From assembly GCA_964016885.1 (NCBI GenBank), contig OZ024741.1, forward strand, positions 2,728,001-2,792,000: a DNA stretch of 64,000 nt, written 5' to 3'. How positions within the stretch are numbered: the stretch's first letter is position 1; every line of letters starts with the position of its first letter. The translations under genes and the position numbers were made by a program. This DNA is from Eledone cirrhosa (taxonomy: Eukaryota). The notes under the pieces are model-generated. The model did not search any database. It had not been told where the DNA came from and worked only from the letters and a program-made list of their open reading frames with translations. This document shows, one piece after another, positions 14,105 through 27,900 of this stretch.

Positions 14105-14205
14105 ATACTTGGGGGGGGGGGGGTCATATTGTTGTAATATTGCCAGAAATAATAACAGAACACACTCACTGTTTGGTTGGTTTTCGCTTCTGTATCTTTT
14201 ATATC
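14099..14205 (-). mobile_element. Terminal fragment of the Penelope family at 44091-49483
   Basis: Near-identical to 44148-44250; abuts (TA)n. Confidence 0.85.
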
Positions 14206-14226
14206 CCCATAGTTAATTTATTATTG

Positions 14227-14268
<42 letters not shown>

Positions 14269-14271
<3 letters not shown>

Positions 14272-15174
14272 GGGGAATAAAGAATATCCCCACGCACCTT
14301 TTGTGTCACTGTATAATCATTTTCTAACCTATCAACCTTAAATTTCAGGACATTTCAAAGTCTGAGAAGACATCAATGTAATGCAGCTCCAACACAGGAC
14401 TTTCTGTGCGAAACCAGCCTACTGTAAGTGGGGCTGATACAAGTAGGTTCAGGAGCAAATTCATGCATTTTTTAGAACGGATAAATCTATCAAAGCCGAA
14501 ATAAATAGCTGGGTGAAGAGGTTTAAGACCTATGAGACAATGGAGGCCTCAACACAATATCTGATAAGCGTTCTATTCATTCTGATGACTGAAGAAGCGT
14601 ACACAGGTGGTGGTTATTGACATGGTCAGAGAATCTGATGAACAGAACCTGAAACAATCGCTGCACAGGAGAAGCCAAGCCTTGGTTCTCTCCAGAGAAA
14701 CTTGCAGAGAGGTTGTCAAAGTGGATCTTAAGAAGTACCCCTACAGAATACAAACTGAAAAATAACTTTGAAATCGACTGCAGTTTGAAGACAGATTTTG
14801 AGTGGGTGCTACACAGCCCTGATTTAAGAGTCCCAGAATTTTTCTTTGCGGCTATTTAATAGATAGGGTATATGTCATGAAACCCAGGATCATCTCTGAA
14901 CTAAAGGACTACATCAGAGAGATCACAGATATCCAGAGCTCTGTTTGTAAAGATGTTATACTAAACTTCTCCATGTGCCTTAAAAATACATGGAATCAAA
15001 TAGGGATCACTTAGAAAATGTGGCGTAACTCGGGTCAGAAACATCAGAAGATGGGTAAATTTTGATATATTTTTAATGGTTTGAACTAAATATATTCGGA
15101 GTTTCATCAGATTTTGTTGAAACAGGAATAATGTAGACAAAAATAAATATGGGTCAATTTTTTTATCAACCCTG
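14269..15174 (+). mobile_element. Internally deleted Tc1/mariner DNA transposon
   Basis: Imperfect TIRs CAGGG..ATAAA; TA context; remnants VDLKKYPYRIQ and W..HSPDL..PEFF..GYL.DRVY..KP..I.ELK. Confidence 0.8.
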
Positions 15175-15189
15175 CATATATATATATAA

Positions 15190-15408
15190 AGGATCGATCG
15201 ACTATCGTCAAATCGGACCGAGGAATCAATGTTTCCGTTGGTCTTTCCAGTTGCTAATACTATCTATCGGTCGCAACTCCAGGTAGAAGGAGCAACGTGA
15301 AATAAAGTGTCTTGCTCAAGGACATAACGCATTGCCTGGTCTGGGAGTCGAACTCACAACCTCACGATTGGGAATCCAATTCTCTAACCACACAGCCACA
15401 CGCCTTCA
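15190..15408 (-). mobile_element. tRNA-derived SINE (second family)
   Basis: Homology to 4258-4580 and 49749-50018. Confidence 0.8.
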
Positions 15409-15729
15409 CATATATATATGTGTGTGTGTGTAACTTATGCTGCAGCATTGAGTTCGATTTTTCTTAACCACTCTCTGTACAGTAGAAGCCGTACCGTTCG
15501 TGTCTAGCTACTTAAATTGATATAATCATGGGAATTTGTTATGTTTTGGAAAATCTGTCAAACTTCAGTTCGTCCAGGAATGTTGATTAACTCAAAATTG
15601 TTGTATTACAGAAACTCTCTCAAGTTCAGCTTCGGATGCACACAAGTTTTACAAATGTAGAACTTAAAATTTCACTCTTACATTATAAGGATTTCTCTGA
15701 AAATATTACATGTTTATATATATTGTACT

Positions 15730-15930
15730 AATTTAGGCACAAAATCTACAATTTTAGGTTTGAGGAAAGTTGAAGTAATGGACCCTTTACGTGACTGGTA
15801 ATATGTTTTATTGACCTCGGAAGGATGAAAGGCAATGCTGACCTCGGCATGATTTGAACTCTGAACATAAAAAATCGTAACAAATACCACAAATCATTTG
15901 GTCTGACGCTCCACAGCACCTCCCAATACT
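15730..15930 (-). mobile_element. Degenerate OR-like SINE
   Basis: GGATGAAAGGC..GATTTGAACTC. Confidence 0.75.
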
Positions 15931-16559
15931 CTAATAATATAAATATTCCTCTATAACAACTTGAAGTACTCAATACATTTCTACATCATATGATGAAGTA
16001 AATAGTCAGTATAAATATACAGGTTGAGTTATAAGTAACGGGGAAGTCAATACATTTTTACTGCAAGGTTTACAAATAACTTTTTGAACATCCGATTATT
16101 TGTGTGGGATCAGCCATGGTTATATTTTTTAACTACTTTGTTTGATGTATTCATAATTTCGTAATGTATGTATAACAAGAGTTTTAGTAAATAATATATC
16201 ATCATTTGGAATATAAATGTTGGACTACCCGGCTACTTAACATACCCTGTGAAAGACAAGACATGAAAATAAAACAAGGCATATATATATATTAGAATAA
16301 TTATATCAGGATAGAACCAGCTAAAAACTGGTTAGTACTCGATACTTGGGGCAATAGAGTATGGTTATATTAGGCAGATTCGGGTCCCGACGGTGGAGCT
16401 CTTGCCGTTTAGTTCCAGACTTATGGTTGTACCCCTTATCTTCACACTCACATCCCTAATTCTGGCAGAGTTATCTTCACACTCACATCCCTAATTCTGG
16501 CAGAGTTTCCAATGTTTAATCAATGGCTACTTCCTCAAATTAGGGCACTCGGCAACAAT

Positions 16560-17560
16560 GTGTGCCTCAGTTCCCCAAATAATTCACACATTGTGGATAT
16601 ATGTCTTCCTTTTAAATGTGGTTCCTAATTTCACTGATTTTCATAACTTCGGCAGCTATGATAATGTTTTCCAGTTCTTTAGACTTCTTTTTCTAAACCA
16701 ATCCCACGTCTACCTCTCAGTTCTGTGGTTCCTTGTCCAAATTGTTCATGTAACACTCTGCTCCCTTAAAACTTTCAGTGTCTTTTACATCTCTTCTTTA
16801 CTTTTTTATTCTTTAATACCAATTCATTTTTACTGCTTTCATCATTCCTTGCTTCGTTCTGTCGAATTAATCAGGATTTTCTTTTCGATGCACATACAGT
16901 CTTCAACATCAATAAGTCCCCAATCTCCATCTCTCCTCTTCATGTACAGCCAATCAACGTCTGCTCTTGGGTGATGGGCACCATGCATGGTCAACAATTT
17001 TCTGGTTTTCCTATCCATTACTTTGAGCTCCATATTATTCCAGTATATAACACCAGTTCCATACCTGACACAACCATTGTATTAATTGCTGTAATTCTCT
17101 TTCTTCCACTTAGTTTACTCTTCGGAATCCTTCTGAATTACTCAGTTCTTATAATCTCTTCCATTTCATCGGCTTCCAAAACAACCAAATACTTGGAGCT
17201 GGAACCTTCTTCTATTGATTCTATGAGCTCTTCATTTGGCATCATAATTCCATTGTTCATCATGAATTTCCATCATTTTCATGGTCATCACAAAACATTT
17301 TATCAACCCAAATTCCATTTTAAATTAAGCTGTCCAATTGATTCTCATTTTTGACAAACATTTTCAGGTCATCAGTGATCAACGGATCAACTTTCTATTC
17401 TCTTGATCCAGATCAAAAGCAATTTTCACATTCTTCAACATCCATGAAAGAGGAATTATTGCCAACACAAGTAGCAACGGAGACATGTTATCACCTTGAA
17501 GAATTCCACGTCTAATTTTTACATTAATTGTAAGTTCCAACTAGACATTTCACTAAATTG
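16560..17560 (-). pseudogene. Old R4/Dong-type LINE RT remnant
   Basis: RRGILQGDNMSPLL, LITDDLKMF and DRKTRKLLTMHGAHHPRADVDWLY motifs. Confidence 0.8.
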
Positions 17561-19353
17561 ATCATATATGATTATGTTTGTTAACAAAGATAATGTGATA
17601 GTGTATGACAATTCTTACTCTAGCCATAAACTTAAATAAATATGCTTCGAAACATGTCCGTTGCTTACACCAGATGAGGATGATAGGTTATGTCTACCAC
17701 CTGTGTAGGTCACAGAAGACATGAACAGATACCTTAAAACATGACATCCGACGCCGTAACTAATCTGACAATCCCACCACTTCTACTATATTTTGTTGAC
17801 TCCAGAAAGGGCTCGATCTTTATTTTATCGCCCCCGTCCCTGGCCCCGAAAAGATTGGTATTTTATTTTATGGATCTCAACGGGATTTGAACTCAGAGCA
17901 GAGAGGGCCTAAACAAATAACGAAAGGTATTTTATCCTCCACTTAAATGACTGCCAATTCACGGTGAATGTTATTCTAGCCAGATCACCTCCATTCTGCT
18001 GTCATCGAACCACAGATGGTAGGAATTAGCATTGGTTACATCGATCTCACCAATCTAAGAGAGGGGGGGGGGGCTGCAAAGTGTTATAGGCAATGTCCCT
18101 CTTGCTCTTTAGAAAAGAAGGTCATGATGGTGGGGGAACAATGCTACATTGTTTTCTCAGCCAGAAGGAACAGAAATGGAGATTTAGAAACTTTTGGAAA
18201 CTATCAAATGTTTCATATTGACATTACGGAATCAGATAAATGGGGAACATGAAATTATAGACTTTCCTTTGTGTGTGTGTGTGTGTGTGTGCGTGTGCGT
18301 GCGCGCGCGTGGGCGCGTGCGCGCGCGCGTGTGTGTGTGTGTTGTATTTTATGTATGTTTTTGTTGTCATTATTTGGTCATTTCATCCGCCCCCAACATC
18401 TGTTGTGAAGAGGAGAAGGCAGTGATTAAGACGTGTGTTGTAATGCTGACTTATTGGACCAGTCAGCTTGACGTCCTTTAAATAAGGTCAGAGGTGACAG
18501 CAACCTACATTCACATTGTACGGTTCAGCGGACAGTTTAACGCCGATAAATCAAATCGATTTCTAATGTCGTCTGACTCAGTCAAAATCATGATCACCGT
18601 CGTTGCCTTTGTTTATTTTACTTTATTTGTTTTGTTGTTTTGGGTGAAGTCTAGTGTGGGAGGCACCACCACCCCCGCACCGCAAAAAAAGGAAGGTTTT
18701 GATGAAATTATTTGCTCTCTAAGAGATTGTCATCTTGTTATCACAATTATAAATTTAATGAACCTCGTGGCCGATCTTTTGGTGTAGAATCAGGCGAACA
18801 TCAACGAGAAACTCGGAGAAAAAGTTTTTGTGAATTTTCAGTTTCTATTAGTGAGTATTTTCTTTCTTTTGTCTTATTAACGTCTTATCTTTATCTTTCG
18901 AGGTCGATAAAAAAAGTACCAGTCAAGTAATGGAATCGATTCTTCCTCTATGGAAAAAATCGGCTGTGTTCAGACCTGGAGAGGGTTGGGCTCCGCCAGG
19001 TTTAAAAGTGCCCTAGATGCGCCATATGACGACGCCTCTACCACTCTACAAGGAGTTATGGGATCTTTATCCTTTTTTATATCTGCCTACCTACCTATCT
19101 ATCTATCTATTTGTCTCTATCTATCTCTCTCTCTACGATGGACACATGTGCTGAGCTCGCTCGGTAAGTTTTTGTTTAAATTCATACGGAAATTGTAAAC
19201 TGTAAACTTTCATTTTTGTACCATTTTGTAGAGGGACTGCCAGGTCAAATTTTGATCTGGTCGGTCTCTCAAAATATTCTGCGCCTTTGGGCGAAATAGT
19301 ATTGTGAACATTTTATCTTTCGAAAAACTTCGAAAAACCCTATTTTGAGAAAA

Positions 19354-19526
19354 ATGGCTGAAGCATCTTCACCATCAATCAAAGAAGGAAAGGGGAAGTC
19401 ATACTCACAGCTTCCCCCTGCCACTGTCACAGCAGCAGATGCCAAAGGCAGAGGTCAGAGAGAGGAAGAATTGTCATCACCTGTTGACCGACCACTAGAT
19501 GTAGCCACAACTACACAAGAATTTGA

Positions 19527-19567
<41 letters not shown>

Positions 19568-21211
19568 GCAACAATAAAGACAACAAAAACAACAACAACA
19601 CAAACGTCACAAGTATCCACACACGAAACGAGAAAGACAACAACAACAAAGATGAAAACAACTCAAACGACGAGAAACAAAACAATACTAATATCCAAAC
19701 GAAAACAAAATATCTTTTGCACAAACGGCTAAATTATCAGTCGCTTATGTGCTAGAAGATATTTCAAAAGCAAAAGAAATGCTGGAAAAAGCCAAGAAAT
19801 ATGTGTCTTTTGGCGAAAACGGTTCGTTTTCTATACATTCACCTCCGGAGCTAAAAAGACAGACGGAATTACGAACTGTCGTATTCCGAACAATTTTAAA
19901 TAAAACAAAGAAACCAGCGCAACCATCTCAAGCGGAAATTCAGTTAGTCTTGAAAGACGCGATGAGAGACATCACTTTCATACAAAAGGATAAACTCTAT
20001 GGGAGTTTATCCATATTGATGAAAGACGAATTGGCGGCAAAAAAATACTCTGTGTCGCCAATTCGGTCCACACACTACACCTTCTTCCCCACCTACATGG
20101 GTAAAAAAACCCAGAGGATATGGATAACCACCAGCACCCCAAACATAAACTACTGGTGGTTACTAACCGGTTTCCTCAATTTAGACGAGGACAACCTCAT
20201 CTCAATAGGGAAGGCATCCGGCGACGCGTTCAGTGGAACGAGCCGCGAAGTTCTGACCCAAATAAGGCCAGAACGCATCGCCCAAATCCCTGAGCGCGTC
20301 ATGCTGGATGACCGTACCCACCTCAACATTATTGTGGAGGGTAGGAGTCCCTCCTGTTACCTCTAGGCAATAGAGGTCACCTGAGGGCTGCCTGTCCCCA
20401 GCTCACACAGAAAAAAACACTGCTACCAACACCAACACCACCCCAACTACAACAACAAAAACAACCACAACAACAACAAAAACCAACAACCCCACCACCA
20501 CTACCACAACAACAACAACAACAAACACGTGAAAAAATAACACAGAATACTGTCCCACCCAATCCCTCCCCACCCAAAACAAATACAAAAACACGCACAC
20601 CGCAAACACTACCAGAAAACATACCCCTCCCACCCAACAAGGAAGACGAACCTCTTTCGTCGCAAGACGAAAAAGATCCCTTCCAACAAGTAAAAAGAAA
20701 GAAGAGGAGACGCACCACAGACACACATGTTAACTTTAACCCCCCCCCCCCCCAAGAGAACACAAACTACACACAAACCACCCCTCCCTGTCACACAACA
20801 CTAACTGCTACACAAAAAAAGACCTTACAATACACATACATGAACACAGACAACAAAGAATTACGGAAAACAATTTCAGCAAACCCTTCGGTCCAAACTG
20901 AAGGGCCAAACTTTATAACTGCTGTGGGACTACCTCATTTGAAAATGATAAAAGTCCCAATGCACTTGTACAAAACACTGAAAATAAATTTCACGGAGGA
21001 CGTGGGCCCCCCCTGCGCCAAACCAATCAACCGCGTCCTCCTAAAAAATTTCACCCTCCCACCCCACCCAGACACCCACTCAACGACAAACACCCCAACC
21101 CCACAACACACCGATGCCCCTTCACTTCCACAAACCACCACCCCACCCAACAACCCATCCCCAACCAGCATGGAAATTGAGCGGCCCGTTTCCCGGGACG
21201 CAGAGAGGTAA
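19354..21211 (+). pseudogene. Tx1 ORF1 (frameshifted), Asn/Thr/Pro-rich with zinc knuckle
   Basis: ORFs 19345, 19749 and 20840; CYL.GNRGHLRAAC; homologous to copy 2. Confidence 0.8.
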
Positions 21212-21235
21212 GTGCCTTTTCTCTTTACCACCAAC

Positions 21236-24200
21236 ATGGCTGTGCTAAGAGTAGGGTGTCTAAATGCGCGTGGCCTGGGCTCGTCTTGGAAGCAAGCAAT
21301 GCTTCTAAATGACCTCAGGTCACAATCTATAAATGTGATGGTTATCTGCGAGGCCCGGATCAGCAGCATGCGACAGCTAGCCCCCACCTTTGACGACTTT
21401 GAGATGCACGCATCTCAAAGTCAGCCCGGAGGTGGGGGTGGGGTTGTCGTTCTGCTGCAAAAACATATGGGCCTTGCAACACAGATAGTTCACTTGGACC
21501 CAGGGGGTCGACTGGTGGTGCTGGACCTTGGCAGTGGTGAAGGTAGAGCCTTTAGGCTGATAGCCGCATATGCCCCTTTTGGGACAGAGCGGCCCGACTT
21601 TTTCCAGCGTCTGGAGTCTTTTCTAGGGACGTCCCGTTCCCTGCTTTTAGTGGGGGACTGGAATGGTATCCTGGATGCACGTTGGGACTATGCAGGGGCA
21701 TGTCCCGATAGAGAGGGGTGCAACAGCCTCAAGGGGTTACTCGGCCGATTTGACCTGGCCGATAGATTTCGACTAGATTTTCCGACGGTGCCAACCTGGT
21801 CTTGGTCAAATCGCAGCGGATCATCTAGATCGTACCTAGATAGATTTTTAGTTAGAAATAAGGACAGGGACTTTTTAAGTTGTCCAGAAATGCTCATGGT
21901 TGGCTATTCAGACTACAAGTTGGTGACCTGCATGGTCAACCTTGATAGAATGCATAGACAGGGCCCCCGGTTACTGGAAGCTCAACTTGTCCTTGCCGGC
22001 AAGTAGAGCCTACAGGAATCGGATTAGTACGTTAGTTAAGGAACGGTTGACTGGAGCGATCGTCAACAGCAGGTGGTGGGTATCTCTAAAGAGAGAGATT
22101 AGAGTAGTCTCGATTGAATTTAGTAAGGTTCTAGCTGCGGATAGGAATAGGAAGGAAAGGGAGCTAATAGATAGAGTAGAAGAGACAATTAGAAGCGGCG
22201 ACGTGGCCAGAGTGCTAGCGTCGAGAACGGCTTTGAGCCAGTTTTTCGACGCGAAGCACGAAGGCTGCGTTGTCCGAAGTAAAATACGTGCTCTAGGGAA
22301 CGAGGGGGCCAAAGCTGTTAGCTGGGCCCGCGTGACAGAGGCCAACAGTGGAACTAAATCCACCATCCGGTCTTTGCGAGACCTGGATGGACGGGCGATT
22401 CTTGAGCCTAAGCAGATGTGTGAGGCCTTTCAAAGGCACTTTGCCCGACTGTTCGGGAGGGGCGGGGAGCCGGTTGGGAACGTGGACTTCGGTCCATACC
22501 TCGACGGCCTGCCGCGCCTCTCGGACAGGGAGGCGAAGTCCTGCGAGGAGCCGATTTCGGCCGCTGAGATAGAGGACGTGCTGAGCCAATGCGGCAAACG
22601 CAAATCCCCGGGTCTCGATGGTCTTCCTTACGAATTATATCTAGCTATGCCGGACTTGTTCCCCAATCTCCTCGAGGCGGTCTACTGCAACTGGCAACAG
22701 AACGGGAGAATTCCCTGTACTGTGACCAAGGGCGTAGTCACGCTAGTGAGGAAGGACGAGAACAAGGGGGACGAAATAAGTAACTTCAGGCCCATAACTC
22801 TGCTAAATACAGAGTTACAGATTTTGGCCAAGGTGCTAGCAAAGAGGTTGGCGCTTGTCGTGGGCAACCTGGTGGGAGATGCGCAGACATGCGCTATCCC
22901 GTCCAGGTCCATCCATGACAACCTCCACCTCATGCGATACATCATAGAGAGGGTTGGGAACGAACCCGGCTTTGGTGGGGCTCTGATCAACTTGGATCAA
23001 TCTAAGGCGTTCGATAGGGTCGACCATGGGTTACCTGGATGCGGTGCTAGCGGCGGCAGGCTTAGGACCCGTTTTCAGGGGCTGGATCATTGCTATGCAC
23101 AGCAGCCGCATCTGCTCTAAGGTCTAGGTGAACGGCTACCTCTCGGAGCCGTTCAAAATCGCGCGGTCCATCCGACAAGGGTGCCCTCTCTCCTCCCTTC
23201 TGTATGTGTTGACTCTCGAGCCACTACTGCGGGAAGTTGGAGTTGTTGCAGGGCATCCCTTTGGAACCGGATTGCGAAAAGCGGTGTCAGCCTACGCCGA
23301 TGATGTGACAGTAATGGTGTCGACGGCCTCCGAAATCGAGGCGGTCGGCACCTTACTGGAGGAGTACGAAAAGTTCACAGGGGCTAAGCTGAACCGGGAC
23401 AAGTCGATCGGTTTGCAACTCGGCACGTGGAGAGGCAGATCGATGGCGTCGTCGGACGCTGGACGGAGGGGCCCGGTGAAGTTGCTCGGGGTCTGGTTCG
23501 GACCGGACCTCCAGGTGGAGAAAAACTGGGCGGAGGTTACGAACAGGGTGTTTGCACTGACCCAGAAGTGGGCCAGTTGCAAACTATCCCTGAAAGGTCG
23601 GGCGGAGGTGGCGAACACTTATATAGCGTCCGTCATCTACTACCGCCTGACCGTAGTGCCCTGCCCAAGGGAAACCCTCACCAAGATGGAGCGCGCGCTC
23701 TTCCAATTCCTTTGGAAGAGGCGGGCTCCTATGGTGAGGAGATCCATCTGCTGTCAACACCCTTGGAAAGGAGGGCTGGGGATGCCGTGGCTAATGATGC
23801 GTAAACACGCATTAAGGCTACGGCACCTCTACGTATTCCTCACCGGACAACCGGTGTGGGCCTCGTTTGTGAGACGAACCTTTCCCAGACTCGTCTCACT
23901 CACCGAGCTGCAATCCTGGGTCAAGCAAAGACCGAGAAAACTGGGCGCCTGGCACACTGAGTGTGCCCAGGCGCTCACCGCCCTCTGGCAGGCGGATCCG
24001 GTTATCAGTGGAGACTCCACCGCAACATTCTATAGAGGGCTGGTACGCAGCAGGTGCGACGACGCCCTCGGAGAAGCCCTAGACATGGAGGAGGACGAAC
24101 TGGCCAGCCTGTTCGGTAGGACATTCAGCCCGGGACCTATGGACAACTTCCAGAAGTCCCTGGCCTGGCAGTGCTACCGGGGCTTTACCCGTTCGAGAAA

Positions 24201-24666
24201 GGCTCTACAGACACGGGCGCCCGGGTAGGGACCCCGCCAAAAAGATCTGTCCAGATGCGTGTGCGACGAGGAAACCGTTGCACACGCATTGGTACACTGC
24301 TCGGGCATTGCTGATCTGTGGGGCTATGTCGAACAACTGCTGTCAAGGGTGGGACCGATCCGGTTGACCACCGAGTCTATTGTAATGATCAAGCCGCCCC
24401 CCCCCCTTCAAAGATGAAGCAGAGGCGGTGTTTCTGTGCGTAATAGCCATGGCGAAAGAGGTTGTATGGTGGGACGGCTCTGAAAGGACTGAGGTTCAGG
24501 CACCTTTCTCTCTGGCCAACAACTGGTCCGTTTCTTCCGATATCATTTCGGAAGAAGGATCAGGATGGAGAGAGAGGTGCTGCACCCCAGTCGTTTTTTA
24601 TGAAAGGTGGGTGAAAGTGGCGAGAATGGCCGTGTGAATGGGCCTTCTCTTTACATAAGCCTGTAG
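21236..24666 (+). pseudogene. Tx1 ORF2 (endonuclease + RT), frameshifted
   Basis: ORFs 21212, 21942, 23128 and 24428. Confidence 0.92.
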
Positions 24667-24953
24667 GTGGAAAAGAGGAAGGAACGAGGGAGCACCCCCT
24701 CTCTGTGCTCCTGAGGAAAAGGGTTGCACACTTTTTTCGGGGGTGTGTACGACCCCCCAAGGCGCCTCCTCTCTATTGAGGATTTTGTTAAAAATTTTAT
24801 TTTTTGTTATATCTTATTTTATTTTTATATTTTGTTATTGCCTCCTCCTTATTGAGGACGCCTTTTTGTGTAAACTCCCCCCTTTGTACTTGTCCCACTT
24901 TTGATGCCCTAGTGGCAAATAAAAGAAACATATCTATTTGTCTCTATCTATCT

Positions 24954-27900
24954 ATCTCTCGGATTCTGTCTAACACGTGGAAAACGTGCTGGTGAGTAAA
25001 TGTTTTAATTTCATTGGAAATTGCATGAACTGAATCTACATTCTTACACTATTTTGTAGATAGGCTGCCACCCTACACTTTGTAGGTGGTAGCAACCCCA
25101 AATAATAAGCCCATCAGGGCGAAAAACGGGGAAATTTCACAAAATTTCTACTGGAATTTTGAATATATCCAAAATGGCCAAATTCTTTGACCTCATCTTC
25201 ACAAAAAAACACATCAGAGAATTATGGAGATGGGCTGTTAATATCACCTTCCACAGCACTAGTATCAGGTGAAGGCTGTCGGTCTGCTGCTATCACCAAC
25301 AACAACAACAGCAACAAAAACAACAACATCAAATCTGTCAGCCAACAATTAGACAGAGGTGGTGGAGGGACGGTAAAACTGTCAAGCCAAGAAGCAGCTC
25401 GCACCGCCTCATTGAAACACTTCGATATGTTTAAAACCCACCCTGACAACAACACCAGCACCACCAACACCAAAACTGTGAATGGCACAAACCAAAACAA
25501 CGCCATCAACAACAACAGTGACAACGAGAACAAGAAGAACAACAACGACAACAAAACCACAACCAACAACAACAACAACGGAAAAAACGAAAACAACATC
25601 AACAATAAAACCAATAATAACAACAACAATACCAATAACTGCAACAAGGAAGTAAACGACAAAATATCATTTGCGCAAACCGTAAAGAAAACGGTAAGCT
25701 ACACTCCAGTAGATATTTCGAATGCAAATCAGCTTTTGAATAACGCCAGACAATATGTAACTTTTGGGGAGAACGGATCATCTCCATAAACTCTCCCCCA
25801 GATTTGCGAAGAGAAGCTGCCTTGAAAACTGTGATTTTCAGGACAATCTCAAATAAAACACGAAAACCGACTCAACTTTCACAAGGCGAAATTGAGTTGG
25901 CTTTAAAAAATGCCTTAAAAGACATTGCTTTTATTCAGAAGGGTAGACTCTACGGGAGTTTATCCATTCTAATGAAAGACCAATTGACGGCACATAAATA
26001 TTCTGTGTCACCAATTGTGTCACCGCTGTTCACCTTTTTCCCCACTTACATGGGGAAAAGGACACAGAAAATAAAAATCCAAAGTATCACACCAAATATT
26101 GATATTTGGTGGGTACTATGTGGATTTTTAAACCACGAAACAGACTATATAATATCGGTAGGTAAGTCCTCCGGCAACCTGTTCAGCGGAACTAGCCTGG
26201 AAGTTCTGGTCCAAATGACACCAGAACGAATAGCTAGGATCCCGGAACGTGTGTTGCTGGATGGGCTTATATACATAAACATTTCGGTCGAGGGTAGGCG
26301 GCCCTCATGTTACCACTGCTCAAGCAGGGTCACCTGAGAGCTTCCTGTCCTCAGTTAACTAGCGAAAAAAAGGCACTACTGCCAACACCTGCAACACCAG
26401 CACAACAATCACCACCACCAACAACACCACACCAACAACAACATAAAAAAAAATAGTGACAACAAAACAAACGACAAACACAGTCCCACCCAACCCCTCC
26501 CCAACTAAAACAACTCCAGAAACACCCACACACATAACAGCTCCCCAAAACGTACCCCTCCCCAACAACACGGATGAGGCCTCATCATCGTCACCCAGTA
26601 ACGATGAGGGAGAGCCTTTCCGACCAGTAAAAAGAAGAAAGAAAAGACATAACACAAACAAAAATGCAACAAACACCAACACAAGCGACGCAAACAGCAC
26701 AAACAAAAACACCTCCTCCTGAAAACAAAACACCTACTACAAAACGTAAACACACACAAGAACCACAGACAAAAAGCAACCAAAACACAACAAAAATGTT
26801 ACACCTAAATAAATACTAACAGACACCATATATAAAAACCCTTCGGTGGAGACCGAAGGGAAAACTTTTACACAACCTTCGGAGAATCCTAATCTTAAAA
26901 TGATTAGGACCTCCATGGACACACATAAACAATTAAAAGAAAAAAATTCCTAACGACGTAGGTAACCCCTGCGTCAAACCCTACAATCGAGTCCTGTTAA
27001 AATCTATCCCCCCCCCCATCCCACCAGACACCCCCTCCCCACCAAACACCCCCCCCCCGCCGAGACCACCACCCCACCAAAGAACCCCTCCAACACCCCA
27101 TGGAAATTGTGCAGCCTGTTCCCCTGGAGACGAAGAGGTGGGTGATTTCTTTTCCTCTTCTGTTAACTTTTCAGTACCAACATGGCCAATATAAGAGTTG
27201 GATGTGTGAATGTACGCGGCCTGGGGATGCCCTGGAAAGAGGCAAACTCTTAAACGACCTCAGGTCGAACAGCATGGATGTAGTAGCTATTTGCGAGTCC
27301 AGGATCCACAGCGAGCGACAACTGGCCCCCATCTTCGACGACTTTGAGATCTACGCATCTCTCTGTCAGCCGGGAGGTGGGGGTGGGGTTGCCGTTTTGC
27401 TGCGGAAACACCTGGACCTCGTAACATAGACGGTACATCTAGACCCGGAGGGTCGACTGGTGGTCCTAGACGTTGACGGTAGTGAAGGTGGAGCCTTCAG
27501 GCTCGTGGCCGCATATGCCCCATCCGGGACACCGCGGTCAGACTTCTTCAAACGTCTAGAGACTTTTCTGGGAACGTCCCGCTCCCTGCTGTTAGTGGGG
27601 GACTGGAATGGAATCCTAGATGCACGTTGGGACTATGTGGGAGCATGTACCGATATAGGGGGGGGGGGGTAACAGCCTGAAACAGTTAATCGGCCGATTT
27701 GACCTGGCCGATAGATATCGACTAGATTTTCCGACTGTGCCACTGTGGACGTGGACAAATCGTAGCGGAACTTCTCGATCGTACCTAGATAGGGTTCTAG
27801 TTAGAAAGAAGGATAGCGACATGTTAAGCTGTCCACAAATGTTCATGGTTGCCTATTCAGATCACAAATTAGTGACCTGCTTAGTCAACCTTGACAAAAC

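Larger units (their letters stand above)
19127..24930 (+). mobile_element. Full-length degenerate Tx1-clade (L1 group) LINE, copy 1
   Basis: ORF1 remnant with CCHC knuckle; ORF2 APE (CLNARG, GDWN, SYLDR, SDYK), RT (KSPGLDG, DQSKAFD, RQGCPLS, YADD), C-terminal C..ETVAH...C; AATAAA end; TSD. Confidence 0.95.

Noticed and set aside
17640-17700. Hammerhead from GAAACATGTC and CAGATGAG
   Set aside because: No properly placed upstream core or pairable stems
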